Assembly (NCBI GenBank): GCA_028710985.1
Contig: JAQTTB010000001.1
Span: forward strand, 88,021-152,020
DNA from: Patescibacteria group bacterium
GTDB lineage: Bacteria > Patescibacteriota > Patescibacteriia > JAHJFT01
Length of the DNA: 64,000 nt
Direction: 5' to 3'
The translations under genes were made by a program, and so were the position numbers. This document shows positions 18,220 through 28,600 of the stretch, one piece after another (within the stretch, counting starts at the first letter, position 1; every line of letters begins with the position of its first letter). The notes under the pieces are model-generated. The model worked only from the letters and a program-made list of their open reading frames with translations. It searched no databases and had not been told where the DNA came from.

Positions 18220-19496
18220 TGATTATTCTCCTGTTTATATTCTTCGAGCGTCACGATGACCTCTTTTTCTTCGCCTTTATGCGATATTTTAAGTTTAATC
18301 TCATCTCCGGGATTATATTTCGCAATAAGCCGGGCAAGCGTATTATCTTCATCAATACGCTGCCCATCAATCTCTAGTATTATATCATTTTCAACGATTC
18401 CTGCCTTATCCGCCGGACTGCCGGGCACAATCGCGATTTCGGTTTCATTCTCCCCGCGCACCACGAGCGCGCCGTAATCGAATGCGAGATTATTTTCTTT
18501 GGCCATCTCGCTATCCACGATCACGTATCTCACTCCGAGCCACGGACGCACGATTCGGCCGTTTATTTTCACGCTCTCAACGATTTTTTTCACTGAATTC
18601 GCCGGAATGGCGAAACCGACCAATTGGCCGCGCTGGCTTACCGCTGTATTCACTCCGATGACCCGGCCGGCGAGATCCAGGAGCGGACCGCCTGAATTTC
18701 CCGGGTTGATAGCCGCGTCCGTCTGAATCGCCTCTTCGATTACCTCGCTCTGCCCAAAATTATCTCCAGCCACCACGCGCCGGTTAATGCCCGATATTAC
18801 GCCTTTGGTGACCGTGTTGCTGTATTCCGAAAGTGCGTTGCCGATGGCAATCACCGTCTGCCCGATTTTCAGATTGTCCGAATCGCCGAATTCAAGCGTC
18901 GGTAAATTCACGGCATCAATCTTAAGAACCGCGATGTCAAAGAATGTGTCCATTGCCTGAACCTTGGCATCATATTTTGCACCGTCATTCATCACTATGG
19001 AATATTTCGCTTCCTCGTCAGACACCACGTGACGATTTGTGACGATCAGGCCGTCCGGAGTTACGATAAATCCGGTTCCGCCGCCGATTTCCTGTTCCAC
19101 CGGTTCCGCGTTTTCTCCGCTGTCTTCCGGCACGGTGATGCCCGGCCACTCAAAACCGAAAAAATCAAACGGAAAAATATCTTCGCCGGTCGCGCTGGAA
19201 ACCGAAACCTTTTTTGAAATTATAATACTGACCACGGCCGGACTCGCCGCCTCAACCGTGCTCACAGTGGCCGAATCTTCCGCTAGGATCAATGAGCCCG
19301 GGCCCGAATCAGCCGAATTTTCACCGCCCAAAACGAGATTCAAATTTCTCTCAGCCCAAGGAATAATATATTTTATTGAAAACGCGCCAGTCACCGCGCC
19401 GGAAATCCCGCCAAAGATAATTCCAACCGCCAGAGCGATCGTGGCCGTTGTCAATATCAATTTAGTTCTCATATTGACTGTTTGATTTGTGGCCAT
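18216..19496 (-). CDS. htrA: HtrA/DegP serine protease with PDZ domain
   Basis: Intact triad motifs TNRHV, DIAVL, INPGNSGGPL. Confidence 0.93.
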   Translation of the reverse strand: MATNQTVNMRTKLILTTATIALAVGIIFGGISGAVTGAFSIKYIIPWAERNLNLVLGGENSADSGPGSLILAEDSATVSTVEAASPAVVSIIISKKVSVSSATGEDIFPFDFFGFEWPGITVPEDSGENAEPVEQEIGGGTGFIVTPDGLIVTNRHVVSDEEAKYSIVMNDGAKYDAKVQAMDTFFDIAVLKIDAVNLPTLEFGDSDNLKIGQTVIAIGNALSEYSNTVTKGVISGINRRVVAGDNFGQSEVIEEAIQTDAAINPGNSGGPLLDLAGRVIGVNTAVSQRGQLVGFAIPANSVKKIVESVKINGRIVRPWLGVRYVIVDSEMAKENNLAFDYGALVVRGENETEIAIVPGSPADKAGIVENDIILEIDGQRIDEDNTLARLIAKYNPGDEIKLKISHKGEEKEVIVTLEEYKQENNQ

Positions 19497-19508
19497 ATAT
19501 AAACTATT

Positions 19509-19979
19509 TTATTTCACGGATTTTTTCTTTTTCGCCATTAATTTATTGAGCTCGCGCTGAAAAGTCTGCACATCCTCAAACTGCCGGTAAACCGAGGCAA
19601 AACGGATATAAGCGACCTTGTCAAAACCCTTTAGCCGATTCATCACAATTTCGCCGATTTCCTTGCTCGTGAGCTCTCCCCGTTTCTTTTTCTGGATATC
19701 GCGCTCAATATTGTGCACCAGCTTTTTAAATTCCGCTTCGGTGTACGAACGCTTCTCCAGGGCCTTTTTCAGGCCGCGGATTATTTTTTCCCGCGAATAA
19801 GTCTCGCGCCGGCCGTCGCTTTTTACTACCGTCAAATCCAAAAGTTCCACTTCCTCAATGGTGGAAAAGCGGTAATTGCATTTTTCACACTCCCGCCGCC
19901 GGCGAATGCTCAAACCGTCCGTGGAAATACGCGAATCCACGACTTTTGTGTCTTTTGATTTACAAACCGGACAGTTCAT
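19509..19979 (-). CDS. nrdR: Transcriptional repressor NrdR
   Basis: MNCPVC...DSR...RRRRECEKC; VAYIRFASVY. Confidence 0.97.
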   Translation of the reverse strand: MNCPVCKSKDTKVVDSRISTDGLSIRRRRECEKCNYRFSTIEEVELLDLTVVKSDGRRETYSREKIIRGLKKALEKRSYTEAEFKKLVHNIERDIQKKKRGELTSKEIGEIVMNRLKGFDKVAYIRFASVYRQFEDVQTFQRELNKLMAKKKKSVK

Positions 19980-20019
19980 AAGATGCCCATATTCTACCAA
20001 ATTTTTTACATAAAATAAA

Positions 20020-20047
20020 GTAGGGATCGCCGATTTGCGATCCCTAC
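20020..20047. repeat. GTAG-type REP palindrome
   Basis: GTAGGGATCGC-CGATTT-GCGATCCCTAC. Confidence 0.8.
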
Positions 20048-20058
20048 TAAAAATATTT

Positions 20059-21252
20059 TTACATCATTTTCTTCCGGATAAACGCCGGTATCTCCAAATC
20101 CTCTTCTTCTTGAGCCGGCGTCGGTTGAGCCACGTCGGCGCGCGCCGGACGCTTGGCAAACGGGAACTTACGTCCGCCCGCCGCGTCATCCGCCTTTTTC
20201 GCCTCTGACTTTCTTTCCTCAACTTCTTTGGTTTTTACGAAACTCGTCGGCTCATAGCTTGCTTTGGGCTGGCTCGGCGCCGTGTTAATCGACTTGAAGC
20301 GCTTATCAAATCCGGTCGCAATAACCGTCACCTTTACCTCGTCCTTGAGCGCCTCATCAATAATTGCGCCAAAAATGATGCGCGCATCCGGATCCGCCGA
20401 GGCGGTAATGGTCTCCGCGGCTTCGGACACCTCATGCATGCTCATATTCGGCCCGCCGGCAATGGTAAAGAGCACGCCCTTGGCGCCGTCAATCGAAAGC
20501 TCAAGGAGCGGGCTGGAAATCGCCGCTTTGGCCGCGTCCACGGCTCGGTTTTCACCCGATGCCCGGCCAATGCCCATCAAGGCCGACCCGGCGGATTCCA
20601 TGATTGACCGGATATCCGCGTAATCAAGGTTAATGAGCCCGGGCACGGTTATCACCTCGGTAATGCCCTGCACGCCCTGGCGCAATACATCGTCAACGAT
20701 GTCAAATGCGTCAAGCAAACTGGTCTTTTTGTCGATAATTTGCAAAATACGGTCATTCGGAATCGTGATAATTGTATCAACATACTCGGAAATGCGGTCC
20801 AGCGCGTCCTCGGCAATGCGCAAACGCTGTGTTCCCTCAAAGCTGAAAGGCTTTGTCACGACCGCAACCGTGAGCGCGCCCAATTCTTTGGCGATCTGCG
20901 CCACCTTTGGTCCGGCACCGGATCCCGTGCCGCCGCCCATGCCCGCGGTAATAAATACCATGTCCGCGCCTTTCAGTATCTCCCTTATTTCGTTCTGGCT
21001 CTCATCCGCGCTCTGCGAACCCAAATCCGGATTCATGCCCGCGCCTAAGCCCCGCGTAGTCGTTTTACCGATATGCAGCTTGGTCGGTGCGGATGAATAA
21101 TGCAGAGCCTGAACATCGGTATTGACGGCAATGAAATCAACGCCGCGTATCTTTGATTGAATCATGCGATTTACCGCCGATGAACCTCCGCCGCCCACGC
21201 CAACGACTTTTATCTTGGCGAACGACTCAACGTCAGGTTTAATCTCTGGCAT
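20059..21252 (-). CDS. ftsZ: Cell division protein FtsZ
   Basis: GMGGGTGSG; C-terminal [11 protein letters not shown]. Confidence 0.99.
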   Translation of the reverse strand: MPEIKPDVESFAKIKVVGVGGGGSSAVNRMIQSKIRGVDFIAVNTDVQALHYSSAPTKLHIGKTTTRGLGAGMNPDLGSQSADESQNEIREILKGADMVFITAGMGGGTGSGAGPKVAQIAKELGALTVAVVTKPFSFEGTQRLRIAEDALDRISEYVDTIITIPNDRILQIIDKKTSLLDAFDIVDDVLRQGVQGITEVITVPGLINLDYADIRSIMESAGSALMGIGRASGENRAVDAAKAAISSPLLELSIDGAKGVLFTIAGGPNMSMHEVSEAAETITASADPDARIIFGAIIDEALKDEVKVTVIATGFDKRFKSINTAPSQPKASYEPTSFVKTKEVEERKSEAKKADDAAGGRKFPFAKRPARADVAQPTPAQEEEDLEIPAFIRKKMM

Positions 21253-21353
21253 AAAATTTGTTGAATAAATTATTTATGCAATCTGCTATCTTCAAACCGC
21301 TATCCCTTATAGGATATAATTATCAAAATTCAATGTCAAGCTAATATAAACAC

Positions 21354-21392
21354 GTAGGGGGCGCCCCGACGGATCGTCGGGGCGCCCCCTAC
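21354..21392. repeat. GTAG-type REP palindrome with a nested CCCCGAC/GTCGGGG core
   Basis: GTAGGGGGCGCCCCGACG-GAT-CGTCGGGGCGCCCCCTAC. Confidence 0.8.
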
Positions 21393-21426
21393 ATAATAAT
21401 ATAATAATAATTTTTTTATCAACCGC

Positions 21427-22680
21427 CTAGGGAATCAGTGATTTAAACCATTTTTTAACCTGGCCGGAAATTTTACCCACTGCCTTATATTTATTCAGAA
21501 TATTGCCGAATGATTTTGATTTCTGCCCCACGATCTCTCCCCCCCATTGCACGAGTCCGATCGCGGTCGCAAATGCCAAATCCTGGGTTTTATCCGTAAC
21601 GCTCGTGATTCCCATGGGATATCCGAGCGAAGCCGGCAACCGAAGCCTCCCCTTAGCCACGTCGATCACGCCCTTAAGCTTTGCCCCTCCGCCGGTAAGC
21701 ACCGCGCCGGCTGGCAACATACCGCTCCGGTCGATCTTTTTAAGCTCAACATCAATTTTTTCCATTATCTCTTCAACGCGCGCTTCAATTATCTCGGCAA
21801 CATATTTCAATGAAACCATTTCCTCGTCCGCGGCTCCGTAATCGGCCAGATTAATCTCCTCTTTTTTACTGATTCCGGCCGGCAGCGCCGTACCGCGCTC
21901 GATTTTTACCTGTTCAGCCACGTCAATTGAGGTGCGAAGTCCGATCGCGATATCCGAAGTGATATGATCGCCGCCAATCGGTACAATTACGGTATGAATA
22001 ACATCCCCCTCTTCGAAAACAATAAGACTCGTAGTGCTCGCTCCGATATTGATGAGCGCCACCCCCAACTCCTTCTGCCGCGGCGTAAGCACCGCCTCGG
22101 CGCACGCCAGGACCGAGAGCACCAGATCGTCAATATCCAAACCGGTGCGATAAACGCATTTTGTAATATTTTTTATTTGTGAAGTCAGCCCCTGGATAAT
22201 TTCCGCATCCACCTCGAGCCGGATGCCGGTCATACCGACCGGATCCTTGATTCCGCCCTGTCCGTCGATGGTAAAGCTTTTGGGCAAAACATGAAGTATT
22301 TCATAGTTCGAAGGGGTCGCCACGGTCCGCGCCGCTTCAATCGAGCGCTCAACGTCTTCTTCTTTGACTTCCCCATCCGAACGCGATACGCCGACCACAC
22401 CGCGACTTTCCTGAGCAATAATGTGGCTCCCGGAGATTCCCACCCAGGCGCTTGAGATCGGCACGCCGGTCACGCGCTCCGCCTGCTCCAATGCCGCGGA
22501 AACCGAAGAGACCGCGTCTTCAATGGACGTGATTGAACCCTTGGAAATGCCCTCGGACGGCACTTCAACCGCTCCGATGATATGGGTTTCTCTTTTTTCT
22601 TCGCTCGGGATTATCTGCCCCACCGCAATTCTTATGTGGGACGAACCGATATCCAAGCCGGTGATTATTTGATCAGACAT
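21427..22680 (-). CDS. ftsA: Cell division protein FtsA
   Basis: GLDIGSS, GGDHITSDI, VLTGGGA. Confidence 0.97.
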   Translation of the reverse strand: MSDQIITGLDIGSSHIRIAVGQIIPSEEKRETHIIGAVEVPSEGISKGSITSIEDAVSSVSAALEQAERVTGVPISSAWVGISGSHIIAQESRGVVGVSRSDGEVKEEDVERSIEAARTVATPSNYEILHVLPKSFTIDGQGGIKDPVGMTGIRLEVDAEIIQGLTSQIKNITKCVYRTGLDIDDLVLSVLACAEAVLTPRQKELGVALINIGASTTSLIVFEEGDVIHTVIVPIGGDHITSDIAIGLRTSIDVAEQVKIERGTALPAGISKKEEINLADYGAADEEMVSLKYVAEIIEARVEEIMEKIDVELKKIDRSGMLPAGAVLTGGGAKLKGVIDVAKGRLRLPASLGYPMGITSVTDKTQDLAFATAIGLVQWGGEIVGQKSKSFGNILNKYKAVGKISGQVKKWFKSLIP

Positions 22681-22729
22681 AATCTAACAAAGCACATTAT
22701 ATTATAGAACAAAATCGCAATAAATGAAA

Positions 22730-23098
22730 TTATTTTATCCAAAGACCACGGATATGCGGAAAAAAAATCATTATGCCGATCACGAGCGCGCCGACTGAGG
22801 CAATAAGCACAGCCGCGGCCATCATGTCCTTAATGTCCCGGACATACGGATTCAGTCGCGGCTTGTAAATGTCAACAATGCGCTCAAAGATACTGTTGAT
22901 TATTTCAAGCACCAAGACCGCGATACAAAGCATTATGATGATAAGCCGCTCAATCAGACCGAGCGGAAAAATCATCATCAAAACAAGTGCCACAAGCGCG
23001 GCCGCGAGCTGAATACGGAAGCTCTGTTCTTCTTGAAAGACCTGGCTAATCCCCTGCCCCGCAAAAATGAAACTCTTTGTCAGTTTTTTGAAACCCAT
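22730..23098 (-). CDS. dgkA: Diacylglycerol/undecaprenol kinase family
   Basis: EIINSIFERIVD, IKDMMAAAVL. Confidence 0.88.
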   Translation of the reverse strand: MGFKKLTKSFIFAGQGISQVFQEEQSFRIQLAAALVALVLMMIFPLGLIERLIIIMLCIAVLVLEIINSIFERIVDIYKPRLNPYVRDIKDMMAAAVLIASVGALVIGIMIFFPHIRGLWIK

Positions 23099-23099
23099 A

Positions 23100-23528
23100 T
23101 TATATATTCTTCAGTATTTTATCCTGCAAATTAAACATTTTTTTTGATTCGGCATTCCGCGCGTGCCGGTATCCCAAAAGATGAAGAACGCCATGCGCCA
23201 GAAGATACTGCATTTCCCGAACCGTGGAGTGGCTGGCCGCCTTCGCGCCGGATGCCGCCACCGCCGGTGAAATAAAGATTTCTCCGAGCAAATTCACTCC
23301 TTTTTGATTTTTTAATTCAATCGTGGTGAAGGAAAGCACGTCAGTCGGCTTGTCCTTGCCCCGGTATCGCCGGTTAAACGCCCTCATCCGCGCCGGTGAA
23401 AGAAGCGCGACCGAGACCAAATAATCTTTTTTAATTTTCAAAACGCGATTTATTGCGCGCTCGGCAGAACGAATCCACCCCTCACCGAAGCGCTTCCCGA
23501 TGACGGGATTTAATTCGAATTTAATCAT
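23100..23528 (-). CDS. ybeY: rRNA maturation RNase YbeY
   Basis: YRGKDKPTDVLSF, HGVLHLLGYRH. Confidence 0.95.
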   Translation of the reverse strand: MIKFELNPVIGKRFGEGWIRSAERAINRVLKIKKDYLVSVALLSPARMRAFNRRYRGKDKPTDVLSFTTIELKNQKGVNLLGEIFISPAVAASGAKAASHSTVREMQYLLAHGVLHLLGYRHARNAESKKMFNLQDKILKNI

Positions 23529-24565
23529 TGCTGCCCGAATTTAAAACTGTTAAGCATCATCTCGTATGTCCGCCGGAATTCAATCACCGTTTTTGCGCCG
23601 AGATTGAGCGAAATCACAAAAATCCGGCTGTCCTTTTTGAAATACGCGGTCAAGCGATCCGGACTCTGCAAACCGACGAGACCGGCCTTGTTGGTAAATG
23701 TTTTTAATTCCTCGGCATTTACTCCCGGTGCCTGGGCCAAATACCAGTCTTCAAGAGACAAATCCTGCGGATTGTCTTGCGCCAAAACCTGCAGAAACTC
23801 ACCCGACGCCGCTGAAAGAAGCACCGTGTCCGCACCTTTTTCAACATTTGCATTCCAAACCGCGGGATAATAAATCTGATAATCAAAATCTGCGTTTTGA
23901 TAATTTTTCACCAAACCGGATTCGAGCAGAGTAACCGGCGCCGTTCCGCCCGGATTATATAAATGATAAACCTCATTGCCGTCCAAAAATCCATCTTGAT
24001 CAGTATCCGGAATGCGCGAATCGGTTCCGTAGAGCGCCTCTTCAATGTCGGTCAAACCGTCGCTGTCCGCGTCCACTCCTCCGACAATCTCTTCCACAAG
24101 CGGCGGCAAAGTCACTTCCACCGTGGCCGGGAGCGAGATCTCAGCAGTGGCCGGAATGGTAACCTCACGCGTCGCAATCGGCTGTTCAACCGGCTTCGTT
24201 ACTACGGGCGTCGTGGGCTGGGTTTGCTGAACTATGGGCTTCGACGCCGGGACCCGAAGTCCCTGCAAAACGAAAAATATTGAAGCCCCCAGCGCTGCTA
24301 CTATTACAAATATTAAAATAACCCAAAACCACGGGAATTTCTTTTGTTCGCCCGGAGCGGTGGGCTTCCCCGGCTCGAGTCTTGACTCCGAAGGGCGCGC
24401 CGCCGGCACACTCATCTCCGGAATTTTCGCCTCAAGCGTGACGCCGCGAAATTTTTCCGGCATTACGCTGATTTCCGGCTCGCCCGCGCCCCCGACCGCG
24501 ATCGGGGTGACGCTTTTTGGCTTCTCAAATTGCTGCATCTCTGGCTGATCCATAAATTTAAACAC
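23525..24565 (-). CDS. Membrane-anchored protein with TSP3-like DxDxDG Ca-binding motifs and a PsbP-like C-terminus
   Basis: DADSDGLTDIEE, DTDQDGFLDGNE; YQIYYPAVW; start uncertain. Confidence 0.7.
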   Translation of the reverse strand: MFKFMDQPEMQQFEKPKSVTPIAVGGAGEPEISVMPEKFRGVTLEAKIPEMSVPAARPSESRLEPGKPTAPGEQKKFPWFWVILIFVIVAALGASIFFVLQGLRVPASKPIVQQTQPTTPVVTKPVEQPIATREVTIPATAEISLPATVEVTLPPLVEEIVGGVDADSDGLTDIEEALYGTDSRIPDTDQDGFLDGNEVYHLYNPGGTAPVTLLESGLVKNYQNADFDYQIYYPAVWNANVEKGADTVLLSAASGEFLQVLAQDNPQDLSLEDWYLAQAPGVNAEELKTFTNKAGLVGLQSPDRLTAYFKKDSRIFVISLNLGAKTVIEFRRTYEMMLNSFKFGQQ

Positions 24566-25200
24566 TATAATCCACTCGGCAGGGCCGGCAATTTGCCTTC
24601 GCCATTTGGATTATAACCATTATCGACTTCGGCTTTATCCGTATAGGTATCACCGTCAGTATCAATATTCAAAGGATTGGTTTTAAAAATAATCACCTCT
24701 TCGCTATCTGAAAGCCCGTCGCCGTCCGTATCCGCGAGATTGGGGTTGGTGCCGGCGATCGCTTCTTCGGTGTCCTCAAGGCCATCTCTATCCGTGTCAA
24801 CCGGCGCGACCGGTTCCCCAGTCCCTTCTTCGGCCGCTGGAATCGTCTCTTCAACCCCCTCTTCAACTATCGGAGCCTGTTCTTCGGCCTCTTCCTCAGG
24901 AGTAATAATCGGCTCTTCTTTGGCCGGTGTAACCTCGATCGGGGTTGAACTCGGAGCAATCAAGAAATACCACGCACCCACACCCGCCGCAACCGCAATT
25001 AAAGTCACCACAAGAATCGTAACGATGGTTTTTCTCGCTCCCCCACTGCTCCGCGGAGCAACCGGCGGCATGGCGCCCGGCGCGACCGCGCGAAGCACCG
25101 GCCGGCCCATTTCGGTCCCCACTGACGGCGCCGACGGCTCAATTTTTTCAAAAATGTCCTCCGTGTCCTGTGGTTGATTTTCGAAAATCATATATTTCAA
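24565..25200 (-). CDS. Membrane-anchored protein with TSP3-like DTDGDG repeats
   Basis: DTDRDGLED, DTDGDGLSD, DTDGDTYTD. Confidence 0.75.
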   Translation of the reverse strand: MKYMIFENQPQDTEDIFEKIEPSAPSVGTEMGRPVLRAVAPGAMPPVAPRSSGGARKTIVTILVVTLIAVAAGVGAWYFLIAPSSTPIEVTPAKEEPIITPEEEAEEQAPIVEEGVEETIPAAEEGTGEPVAPVDTDRDGLEDTEEAIAGTNPNLADTDGDGLSDSEEVIIFKTNPLNIDTDGDTYTDKAEVDNGYNPNGEGKLPALPSGL

Positions 25201-25226
25201 AATTATTAATGAATTTTATTTTCAAA

Positions 25227-25688
25227 TTAAGACTGCGCCGCTGTCCGCTCCGCGTTGCACAAATTCCGAAATTCTTCGGAACTAAGATACCGGCAATAAT
25301 TAACATTAAGTTCTATCCCGAGATTCGTGTAACAGTCGTCGCGCAGCGCCGGCGTAAAAATCGCCCGGCAGAGATCAATATTTTTATCTTCATACGCGAT
25401 TCCCAGATTTATTTTGTCCCCGCAGTCGCGCCGCGCCGCCAGGTCGGAAATGGACTCGCACTTCGCCGCGTCGCGCGCCCGCCGCGCTTCCATAAATATC
25501 GTTGACCATTCTTCGGTATAAGTAATTTCCGCGGCCGGCGGCTCTTGGGTTTGATTTGTAACTTGAACCTCCGCCGGCAGCTCAACGCTTGCGGCTTTTT
25601 GTTTTAAATAAAATCCCACGCTAAAAGCCAAAAATCCAAAAGCCAGCGCCAGAACCGCGATTATAATAATATTTTTATAATTCATCAT
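25227..25688 (-). CDS. Membrane-anchored Cys-repeat hypothetical protein
   Basis: TM followed by C-x2-I-x6-7-D-C repeats. Confidence 0.7.
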   Translation of the reverse strand: MMNYKNIIIIAVLALAFGFLAFSVGFYLKQKAASVELPAEVQVTNQTQEPPAAEITYTEEWSTIFMEARRARDAAKCESISDLAARRDCGDKINLGIAYEDKNIDLCRAIFTPALRDDCYTNLGIELNVNYCRYLSSEEFRNLCNAERTAAQS

Positions 25689-28600
25689 AGGCAGATTGGC
25701 GCTGAACAGGCGCAGTTGTTCTCACAGAATATTGAATTAAATACATTTCTAAGAACCGTCCGCGCCTCGGTTTCATTAGAATAATAATTCGCAATCGCGC
25801 CACTTCCCCAACTATCCCCAAAACTTATGAGACTACCATAGCTATAGATTGAATCTTCGAGTCGTGTCCAATTGCTAGGAGCTGACGTGCTGCGCGAGCA
25901 GTTTGAACTTTCTTCTCGTTTGGAAATTAAATAAAGTCTCGGTTTTTCATTTTGAGGAAATTCTTTAAAATAAACCTTGAGGGCGTTCATCGCGTCATTG
26001 TCAGCGTTCGTCCATTGCCCATTCAATGGTGTATTGCTATCAATCACCACCACGAGCCGCAACGCGCCGGTCCGCCATTCATGACCGGCCACCACGTCCA
26101 CGACCGCGCGCGCCCATGACGGCGTTTCATTTAATCCGGTAAAATGCCCGTCGGCCTGACAGTTGCCCAAATCGGACGCCCATTCCCTGCCGCACAAATC
26201 ATGGCTCGAAAGCCCCCCATAGGGTTCCAGCTCGACACTATGGAAATCTTTAAGTTTTCCGCCGATTGGAATTATGTTATCAATACAGCCTTCGATTTCG
26301 GCGGCCACGTCAGATTCATATAAAATATATTTAAAAGAGTTATTTTCATTTGCCAGATAGAATGTTTTTTTAATATCATAGTAAGGAAATCCAGAAATCG
26401 TATAATCAATCAACGGACAAATCATCTTTACATTATTCATAGTATCGCATGTCTTAACGTCAACTGAGTAGCTGGTCATGGTTGTGATAAAGACCGCATC
26501 AACTTTTCCGTCAAAATTTGCGATTCCCCAATCGCATTTTTCTCCATCGGCCTGGTCTTGGTTGCCGTCGCCACAGTATGGTGCATAAGCCGTGCAGGAA
26601 GCATTGCAATAGCGGTCAAACATATCGTTGTAATCGGGCGTGTTGTTCACCCCGGAATCGCAAACCTCGCCCTCGTTTTCAATTACCTTGACGCAACGGC
26701 TGCGCGTCGCGGGGTCTTCACAACGGTAGCAATACCCCAATGACAGCGTGCTATCGCCGGATTGTGCGCAGACTTGATCACCCGGACATGAGGCATCGGA
26801 AACACATGCCTGTAATGGATGTTCAAGCCCCCAATAAGCCTCTCCTTCTTCAGTCCCCGGCACCGGCGGATAAGGAATGCTCTGAATAATCGCATCGCCG
26901 CAGCGCGGACTCTCGCGCTTGGCAATGTGGCAGGTTGAATCGCAATACTCGGCGTTATAACCATAATCACCCGGCGCCTTTGGTGCGATGGCCGGCACAT
27001 GCCTATAAGAAATATTCTGCCCCTGGCAGACTCCTTCGTCATAACCCAAACCTGAAGTCGGTGCCATGCCTTCCCCATAAACAAACCCGCCCGGAGTAAT
27101 TGAGGTTAAAACATTAGGACACGCGTCCGCAGCATATGGATCGCATGATATATAGCCTTCCATTGGGTGATAATTGCCCGAGGTCCCCAGGGTCGGATAC
27201 CAGCAGGCAATCGGACCCTCGTCGCATTCCTCAATTCCCTCTTCTTTTATTCCGTCGCCGCAATAATCACCGGTCACGGTCGCAAATCCGCAATAGTCGG
27301 TGCAGAACGTGCAGGTATCGCCGTAGCGCGGCGTGCACGCTGTGCCATTTGCCGAACCCGCGTCGCAGGCTTCAATGCCCGCGTACTGATAACCGTCGCC
27401 GCAGCGCGATACGCGGCAGGAAACCGCAGTATCGTTTTCCCGGCCCGAAATAATGATGCAGCCGTCGGTGTTATCCGTATTGCCGTCGTCGCACTGTTCA
27501 ACGCCCTCAAGTATGCCGTTGCCGCAAACCCCGTCCGTCACGCAGCTCATGCCCCACGAATTCCATTTACAAGCATCGCTCGCGCAGGTACGCACGTATT
27601 TTAACTGATAGCCAGTACTCGGGTCGATGCCACATGGCAGATTACAGGACGTAAACGATTGTTTGACGCGGTACTCGCAATCCCCATAAGTAATATGATG
27701 GCTGCCAAACGTACAGGTCTCAAGCGTTCCCGGCCAATAATAGCCGGCCGACGATCCGGGACAATTTTCATCCGTGGTACATTTCATCTCCGGATAATAG
27801 CGGCAAACACCATCAGTTGTTTCTTGATGGTCATCGCCTTCGCACTGTTCTTCAGGCTGTAAAATATCATCGCCGCACATCGGACCCGGCACGCGGCAAT
27901 CCCAGCTGCAGCCCGAATCATACTGCCCATTCAAAACTCCGCGGTCGCATTGTTCGGCTCCGGCCATCATTGCGTCGCCGCAATATGCCGCGCTGCCCGC
28001 GCAGTCCGCGCTGCAATGTCCGTATTTTCCGTTATTTGACCCCTCGTCGCACGCCTCGCTCATAAAACAGAATGCGCCCGGGCAGTCGGTATCGCGCTGG
28101 CAGAGCAGGCCGTCAGACGCACCGCCCATGCAGAATCCTTCGCGCACGCCGTTGCCGCAAGCCGGGAGTGAATCCGCGCATTCGCCGTATCCGGATTCGC
28201 CCGAGACCGCCCAGCGGCACGCGCTCCCCTCTTTGACGCAGGAAACCGGCCGCGAGCTCGCCCCGGTGCAGCTTACAAATTTTTTGTCGCCGAGTTCGCA
28301 CTCTTCATCCGGACCGCGCACGCTGTCGCCGCATAAATTATCGTTTGCAAAAGTATTATTCGCGCAGCCCTGGTTCAGAGTTAAATGCGCGGGCAAAGAT
28401 TCCGGAGTCCAGTAATTCGGAAATTCAAGCGATGCGAGCAGTTCGTAATCTCCGGCGCCAAGCGACCGGTATTGATATACCAGGGATTCGGCCGGGCAGA
28501 AGAACCGGAGGCCCGTCGCGTCAAAGCAAGTCGCGCTGTCATAGCCCTCGCCGCAGGCCGCGAATTTATTGACCGGATCAACCGGTAAAACCTGGCCAAG